From Trichinella spiralis (Eukaryota), in contig NW_003526944.1 of NCBI RefSeq assembly GCF_000181795.1, positions 4,966,055 through 5,030,054 on the forward strand: a stretch of 64,000 nucleotides of DNA, read 5' to 3'. The notes below the pieces were generated by a model. It ran no database searches and was not told the DNA's origin. It worked only from the letters and a program-made list of their open reading frames with translations. Shown piece by piece: positions 63,281 to 64,000 of this stretch (the stretch's first letter is position 1; the number at the start of each line of letters is the position of its first letter). The translations under genes and the position numbers were made by a program.

Positions 63281-64000
63281 CTAAAAAGGATAATTTTTAT
63301 TAAATAAATAACTGTGTGTGGTAATATTAAAATTAAGAAAAAATATATTCATGCATCCACATTCTTATCAAATAATACAATGTCTATTGTATTGGTAGAG
63401 TGAACTTTGTTGGTTTCATAAGGATTTCAAATATTTGCATTTATTTCGCTATGTTAATGATAATCAGCTTGAACTTTTATGCAGATTTGGTGATCCAAGA
63501 AATCAAATACATTTTTCCTCAGGTAATAATATGCAATATGTAATACAAACAAACATATTTACTTTTGTTTAGAAAAATATTTTGATTAAATACATTTGAT
63601 CACAATGTAATGGCAGAATGGAAATTTGAAAAAAAAACTGATTAAAATAAAAATAAACATCGTTTGCAGCATGAAAAGAGCATTAATTGCAAGAAGATTT
63701 CAGCATACAGTTTCCATTGAAACTTGTTGAATGGTATGCTTTCTGTCGAGTGCAACATTTCGTTTTAGAACACTTTTCAAACAACAAAAAGCAAAATTTT
63801 TAGATCATGCAATAATAATATTCAGATAACAGTACGCTTCAGCTTTTTTCCTAATTTACATAATTGTAAATGTAAACGATGTGTTAAATCACTAAAGAGA
63901 AGCAATTTTATTAACAAAACTAAGTAATGCAAATACATAAGAATGAGCAAGTTTTAATTTAGACGATGCAAGAAAATCCAAATCACCAATAGCTATGCTT

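Noticed and set aside
1..64000. CRISPR arrays, prokaryotic systems, rRNA and U12-type introns
   Set aside because: Eukaryotic context with no repeat-spacer array; the RTATCCTT-like hits I noticed (e.g. 52783-52790) fall inside coding exons; the scan was by eye and not exhaustive

Overview
AT-rich, intron-dense eukaryotic genomic DNA from a nematode, most likely Trichinella. The organism call is an inference from short 50-80 nt introns, TTTCAG-type acceptors, operon-like spacing and a tandem pair of genes resembling the Trichinella 17-21 kDa excretory/secretory protein as I recall it. Bases 1-15 kb are non-genic: assembly gaps, a probably artefactual 1.45 kb duplication, a MITE-like inverted repeat, a decayed ~1 kb-period pseudo-coding array and a piggyBac relic. 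Bases 15-33 kb carry six minus-strand genes: CANT1-type apyrase, SRP14 (missed by the ORF track), eIF5, a Mesh/SUSD2-like protein, KTI12 and a PIR-1/DUSP11-like RNA phosphatase. Next come a Gypsy relic and an uncharacterised plus-strand cell-surface protein, then minus-strand VPS39, ALG5, ANKLE2-like, BET1, tRNA-Thr(AGT) and DMAP1, and plus-strand NOP53. The window ends with two tandem ES-protein paralogs separated by a hAT relic and a Cys-rich secreted pre-pro-protein. The most interesting signals are at eIF5: a spliced poor-context uORF overlapping the main AUG, and an in-frame alternative acceptor adding a 36-aa hydrophobic segment. Other leads are the 83-nt BET1-ANKLE2 junction without visible processing signals, a candidate intronic H/ACA RNA in NOP53, and stop-codon turnover between the ES paralogs. 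All exon structures were assembled by eye and no database search was run.
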